NCBI GenBank assembly: GCA_052327205.1
Contig: CM126221.1
Location: forward strand, 47,864,001-47,928,000
Source: Somniosus microcephalus
Taxonomy: Eukaryota
DNA: 64,000 nucleotides
Direction of reading: 5' to 3'
Shown: positions 58,637 through 64,000 of the stretch, in pieces
How positions within the stretch are numbered: the stretch's first letter is position 1
How the letters are laid out: every line of letters begins with the position of its first letter
Notes under the pieces: generated by a model
What the model was told of the DNA's origin: nothing
The model's input: only the letters and a program-made list of their open reading frames with translations
Database searches by the model: none
Made by a program: the position numbers and the translations under genes

Positions 58637-60793
58637 CTAACGGGGCGAGGAAGCGCAGCCGCTGGTCAGCCGCCACTTCCTCAGCAGCCCAGTGAGAAAC
58701 GTTGTGAGCCGACGCAGCTCGAGCGGGTTCACACCCTCATCCGCGCCCAAGATCTTAACGGCGGCGCGGACGGAATCGATGAGCAGCGCCAGCTCCGACC
58801 ACCTGTCGAGGGCCAGCCGGACCTTATTGCGCTGACCCAGGCACGTGGCCATAAAATCCCGGAGTTCCCTTACGGAAATGAGGGGAGACTCGGCAAGGGG
58901 CACGAGGTCATCCATCGCCACGTCGGCGCTGGAGTCCGAATCATCCTCCGTGCCCATCACCGAGTCCCCATCCTCCTCCAGGGGGTCGTCACCAGCGGCC
59001 GACCCGTCCGCCGCGCAGTGCGAAGCGAACGACTCGGCCGCGCCAGCCAGCCCCGCCTCCGCCCGGATCCCACCCCCAGGATCGGCGGCAGAGGATTTCT
59101 CCCTGGGCTCCTCTAGGGGTGCCGGGCCAGAAGACGGCGGCGGTTCAGAGCTCCCCTCCGCCTCAGACGCCGGAACGACCGGAGAAACCGGGGAGAGAAC
59201 AATTTCCAGCTCCTCCAGTACGTCCGGCACCAGAGACGCAGCCAGGGGGCCATCCTCCTCCCCGCCACCAACCTCCGACCCAGCGGACGGGGGGTTTTGA
59301 ATTAAAAGCTCCACCAGGACGAGCATCCCCTGGGAGACGTCCGGGTCGCATTGGGCGAGCTCATTATCCTCGAGCTCGCCCGACCCAGCCCCCAGGCTGC
59401 CCGACCCGGCGAGGGGTAACGACACCGATAAAAGGTCAACTTCAATTACTGCCGCGGGTTGTTCCGCAACCCCCCCCACGGGCAGGGTCTCATCCCCATC
59501 CCCGGGAGGCACGTGCTGGACAGACACATCTGCCTCAGCCTCCCGAGGGACAGGCGACCCCTGCCGATCGCTGGTGATGACGACAGCGCTGGGGGGGCGG
59601 GGGGGCGCAGTACCCGCGGCGGGCGACGACTCCCCCTGCTCGGAGGGACCTTCCTCCTCCCGGTCCTCCTCCTCATCCAGGGGGTCGCGCCTTCTTTTTA
59701 GCACGGAGGGAGCGAGGGAGACCTCCATGTCTGCAAAGGCCTCCTCCTCGACTCCCTCCGGCGGAGCAGGTTTGTCGGGTTCCTCGGGCCCGAGCCCGGC
59801 CGCAGGTATTGGCATTACCGCTGCGGCGGTTGCGGCCACAGGCTCGGGCACGGGGCCCCTCCCGCTCACATCTGCCCTGATCAACTCCGCGAGGAGCGCG
59901 GGTGTAAGGGGCTCAAGGGGCAAGGGCTCACCATCCACGGGCGGACCTGCCCTAAGGTGCTTCTTTTTTCCCCGCGCCTTCTTTCCGGCCGGACACGCTC
60001 CCTCCCCCCCGCCGGAGGCCTTGGTGGCATCGGCCCCCGACGTCAACCGCGCATCAGACGTACTTGACGCGCGGGCAGATCCGGGGGGAAGGGCGGCGGC
60101 GGCGGCGCCAGCCTCGGCCGCACGAGACGGTCCGGCGGCCTTGGAGGCAGGGCAGTTCCTCCTGATGTGCCCCACCTCCCTGCAGGCATGGCACCTCACA
60201 CCGTCCGACGTCCAAAAGGCGCGGTAGGCGGTCCCCTCGTGGAGGACGACGAACGCCCCTTCAGTGTCCTCCTCCCGCGCCAGCTGGATAAACAGCTGGC
60301 GCCGGAAGGAGAAGACGTGGCGAAGGCTGGCCTCCCGGAAGCCGAGCGGGATGGGCGTGATCCCCGACCTCACCTCCCCAAGTTGTCGCAAATGGGGAAG
60401 GAGGAGCTCACCAGGAACATAGGGCGGGACGTTGGAAATAATGATCCTCTGCGCGGTGGCCTCGAGAGGATCCACCGGCAGGAAAGTCCCGCCCACGGTG
60501 AGCCCCTTGGCGACAGCCAGGGACACCGCCCGCTCCGACCCCAGGAAGAACACAGCCTTCCCATACATTTTCGAGGCCGCGACGATGGCTGAGGGGCCGA
60601 CAACCCCAGCCATGGCCTTGACGCAGGCCTCGATGGTCATAGTGGGGTGAGTGTAGCTCTTCACCCCAAGCTTTTTCGTTATTAATCGAAAAGGTGACGG
60701 GGCAGCAGGAACAGCGGGAGCAGCTGTGGCTGTGGCTACCACTCTCGCATAGGTCCCGGCTGGCCCCGCCACCGGCGAAGATGCAGTCGCCAT
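58637..60793 (-). CDS. Tx1 ORF1 protein, 718 aa
   Basis: As unit 1 ORF1, plus a 9-bp in-frame extra segment (VSP). Confidence 0.92.
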   Translation of the reverse strand: MATASSPVAGPAGTYARVVATATAAPAVPAAPSPFRLITKKLGVKSYTHPTMTIEACVKAMAGVVGPSAIVAASKMYGKAVFFLGSERAVSLAVAKGLTVGGTFLPVDPLEATAQRIIISNVPPYVPGELLLPHLRQLGEVRSGITPIPLGFREASLRHVFSFRRQLFIQLAREEDTEGAFVVLHEGTAYRAFWTSDGVRCHACREVGHIRRNCPASKAAGPSRAAEAGAAAAALPPGSARASSTSDARLTSGADATKASGGGEGACPAGKKARGKKKHLRAGPPVDGEPLPLEPLTPALLAELIRADVSGRGPVPEPVAATAAAVMPIPAAGLGPEEPDKPAPPEGVEEEAFADMEVSLAPSVLKRRRDPLDEEEDREEEGPSEQGESSPAAGTAPPRPPSAVVITSDRQGSPVPREAEADVSVQHVPPGDGDETLPVGGVAEQPAAVIEVDLLSVSLPLAGSGSLGAGSGELEDNELAQCDPDVSQGMLVLVELLIQNPPSAGSEVGGGEEDGPLAASLVPDVLEELEIVLSPVSPVVPASEAEGSSEPPPSSGPAPLEEPREKSSAADPGGGIRAEAGLAGAAESFASHCAADGSAAGDDPLEEDGDSVMGTEDDSDSSADVAMDDLVPLAESPLISVRELRDFMATCLGQRNKVRLALDRWSELALLIDSVRAAVKILGADEGVNPLELRRLTTFLTGLLRKWRLTSGCASSPR

Positions 60794-61779
60794 TCTGGGG
60801 TGCTTTTTTTAAGGGCTACACTCACCCCAAGTCACAGGCCTGAAGGTGTTAATGGCCTCGGTGTATATATATATTTTTTTGTCCTCTATTGAGCAGAGGG
60901 AGCTGATTAAAATGAGGACACACCTCTCTCCTTATTGATTTAAATTGGGAGAGGAGCCCTCGCCCCTCTGCTTCAATTGGCAATTAATAAAATAGATGAA
61001 ACTAAGGTGCCTTAGAAAGACAGGCAGAGAGAGACAAAGAGAGAGAGAGAGAGAGGTGGGGGGGGGGTGGGAAGGAGGGAGGCCGCAAAGGGCAGTGTTG
61101 CCACTCAGGATGGTGGGTGGGTGTAGGCAGGGTTGCACTCTCCGATGGAAAAAGTCTTTGGTGATGGTGGTCTTCTGGCAGGGGGAGAAGACGTCTTCAC
61201 CTGGAAAAGCTGGAGAAGCCCAAGCTTAGTCCTGCAACAGGTCTTAACGAGGTAATTAAATTAAATTAAGGACTTCACCTTGGGCAGCTCCAAGCTCTCC
61301 CAGGGCAGGCAATAGAAGGGATGCTAATTAGTGGTGTGTGTGGCCTAGCTTTTAACAAGAGCACACACACTACACCCCTTGATGATCCAGCCTTGCTTCT
61401 TCTTTTCTCCCCCCACCTAAAATACAAAGTCTTGGGAGAGTGCCCCAAATAACACCCACCTGTAGATGTTCCGGATGAAGTTTTCTTCCCTCCTTTCAAG
61501 CAGTTGGTTTCTCTCCCCTCTCTCCCTCTCCTGAAGTGGAGGCCAAATTGGGGAGGCAGTGATAGAAAGGCCTCTCCCCTGGTTGATGTTGATGTAGGCC
61601 TCCTTTCTCCTTCTCTGTCCTCTCTCTCCAGGCACCTCAGTTGATGTAATGATGGTGGAGTTGGTGGTGGTGGTCCAACGTTCTCCTCCTCTTCCTGGTC
61701 AGGGGACCACCACTTTAATCCACTCTCCAAAGTCTGGCTGCTCCCTCTACTCGTGCTTGCAGCTGAACAGAGGGTACTC

Positions 61780-64000
61780 TTTTATTTGGACCCAAAAAAA
61801 ACCAATTCGACTGTAAATAAACAAAAGTTCAACTAAAGCTTAACAAATCAAATTAAAATTTGGTTATCCGTGTTGATGATGCACTCCAGTCCCCGCGGCG
61901 CCCACCGGTCGCGGAAATACTCAAGCGCACCGGCGGACACCGCGTGCTCCATCTCCAGGGCCACCCGGGCGCGAACATGGCCGCGGAAGAGATGCAGGCA
62001 ATCCGGCTGGACGACCCCCTCGACCGCCCGCTGCCTGGACCAATTGATGGCTCTTTTAGCCAGGCCCAGGAGCAGGCCCACAAGGAGGTCCTCCAACCTG
62101 TCCGCTCCCCTCCGCACCGGGTGACCGTAGATCAAGAGCGTGGGACTGAAGTGCAACCAAAAATCGAGGAGCAGCCCCTTCAAGTAGTGAAAGAGGGGCT
62201 GCAACCTCTCACAATCCATATAAACGTGAAACACGGACTCCTCCAGGCCGCAAAAAATGCAGGCGGCCTGGGAGTCCGTGAACCTACTTAAAACCTTATT
62301 GCACGGGACCGCTCCGTGCAACACCCTCCAGGCCAAGTCCCCGATGGAACAAGGGAGGACTCCCGCATAGAGAGCCCTCCATTGGGGACCTCCGCTACCG
62401 CCGGTCGGCAAAACGCCACGCCAAGGCGTGTCCGGACGGTAGACGAAGATGGCAAAGTGGAGAGTGTGCAGGAGCAGCCCGTACAGGAAACCCCTCCGCG
62501 CGGAATGAAAAGGCACGGAGGGTATTTCCTCGAGACGGCTCAAGTTGTGAGGCGCCGGTTCCCGAGGGGAGTTTCGGGGCCGGGCGCCGATGAGGAATTC
62601 CGTCCGAACGGGGGTAAGCTCGGACGGGATCGCCCCACGTGCTTGAGCCGCCTCGATACACCTAGTGGAGTCGGGGCCCAGTGCCGCTTTTACCGATTCG
62701 ATGGTTTCGACCGCGAGCCGGACGTTGGCCCAGGACAGGCGCCGCGCCAGCTCCTCCGGCGCCATCCAGCCCGCTCCTCCGCCATCGAGCAGGTCCCCGA
62801 CTCTGGTCACCTTGCCAGCCACAGCCCTACCCTCCGCCAGCCGCCCGAACCCGTGTTCGTGGAGGTGCGGATTCCTGAGCAGCGGCTCCCGAAGGAGAGC
62901 CGCCGCTCCTGACGGGGGAGAGCTCCGCCTGGAAGCGACGTAGTTCCAAACCCATAGTAGTTCCTGGTAGAAGACAGGCAGCTCCCGCAGGCCGGCACGC
63001 CTGCTGCCCACTTTCGCAAACAGGAGCTGCGTGTCGTAATTGAGGCCATGCAGCTGGCGGAAGAAAAACGTCGCCAGCGCACACCATCTCGGAGGATTCT
63101 CGACGTACAGGTATCTCTGCAGCGTCTGAAGACGGAAAGTCGCAGCCTGGGTGCGAAGGCACACCAGCGCCTGACCGCCCTCCCTAAGCGGGAGACACAG
63201 AACCGCAGCAGAGACCCAGTGCTTCCTTTTGTCCCAGAAGAAGTCGATGAGCTTCTTCTGAATCTTGGCGACAAACGCAGGGGGAGGGATCAAAGTGACC
63301 AACCGGTACCACAACATGGCGGCCACCAGCTGGTTTATGACCAGCGCTCGACCCCTGTAGGACAACACTCGGAGCAGTCCTGTCCAGCGTCCTAGGCGAG
63401 CGGTGACTTTGGCCTCCAGCTCTTGCCAGTTCGCCGGCCAAGCGTCCTCGGCAGGGCTAAGGTAGACTCCCAAATAGAGGAGGTGCGTGGTGCTCCAGGC
63501 GAAAGGCCTGAACTCCTCCGGCAGGGAGTCCACCCGCCACTGACCCACCAGGAGTCCGGAACATTTCTCCCAGTTGATCTTGGCGGAGGATGCGTCCGAG
63601 TAAATCTGCTGGCATTCCCGCATCCTCCGCAAGTCAGCGGGATCCGTGACCGTGAGGAGCACGTCATCGGCGTAAGCCGAGAGGACCACCTCCACGCCCG
63701 GCCCTTGCAGAGCCAGTCCCGTCAACCTCTTCCGCAAGAGGCGCAGGAAAGGCTCCACGCAAATGGCATATAACTGACCGGACATGGGGCATCCCTGACG
63801 CAGCCCCCTCCCGAAGCGAAGGGGCGCCGTCAAGGACCCGTTAACTTTAATCAGACACTCCGCGGCGGCGTACAGAAGTCGGATCCGGGCGACGAAATGC
63901 GTCCCGAACCCGAATGCGCGCAGAGTCCCGAAGAGATACTCGTGATCCACCCTGTCGAACGCCTTCTCCTGATCCAGGGAAAGGAAGGCGACCGACAGAC
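61780..64000 (-). mobile_element. Tx1-clade retrotransposon, unit 3 (3' part; ORF2 open from the window edge to the stop at 61848)
   Basis: At least 700 aa of uninterrupted RT/CCHC region, near-identical to unit 2. Confidence 0.93.

Larger units (their letters stand above)
54637..61762 (-). mobile_element. Tx1-clade non-LTR retrotransposon, unit 2 (full length, both ORFs intact)
   Basis: Uninterrupted ORF1 and ORF2, with a complete 5' end at the same position as in unit 1. Confidence 0.95.

Noticed and set aside
47599-63773. Numerous overlapping + and - strand ORFs of 60-217 aa within the Tx1 array
   Set aside because: These are shadow frames expected in GC-rich coding DNA. They recur only because the units are near-identical, and they show no recognisable domains.
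47514-64000. Assembly artefact duplicating one element
   Set aside because: The units carry distinct substitutions and indels (a 20-bp deletion, a 9-bp ORF1 difference and different 3' UTRs). Long reads would still be needed to confirm this.

Overview
Vertebrate genomic DNA, most likely from a cartilaginous fish. This is inferred from DeuSINE/SacSINE1-like SINEs, abundant CR1 LINEs and Penelope-type repeats. Positions 1-11 kb hold the last five coding exons of SRRM1 (+ strand, stop at 10791). The rest is transposon-rich intergenic DNA with no second host gene I can recognise. It contains a head-to-tail Helitron pair (a non-autonomous copy plus a decayed RepHel copy) inserted in a CR1, nested CR1/Penelope elements with hammerhead-ribozyme-like motifs, several MITEs, and a decayed two-gene PIF/Harbinger transposon. 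From 47.5 kb to the window end there is a head-to-tail array of at least three young, GC-rich, ~7.1-kb Tx1-clade non-LTR retrotransposons (- strand). Two are full length and the middle one has intact ORF1 and ORF2. The most notable signal is that an identical 17-bp sequence (CTGAACAGAGGGTACTC) sits at every junction and at the array edge, where it runs into what looks like an LTR end. This suggests a sequence-specific retrotransposon that repeatedly re-inserts into one target inside another mobile element. The element's 5' leader is also complementary to that putative target. Boundaries of old repeats are approximate, and no database searches were run.
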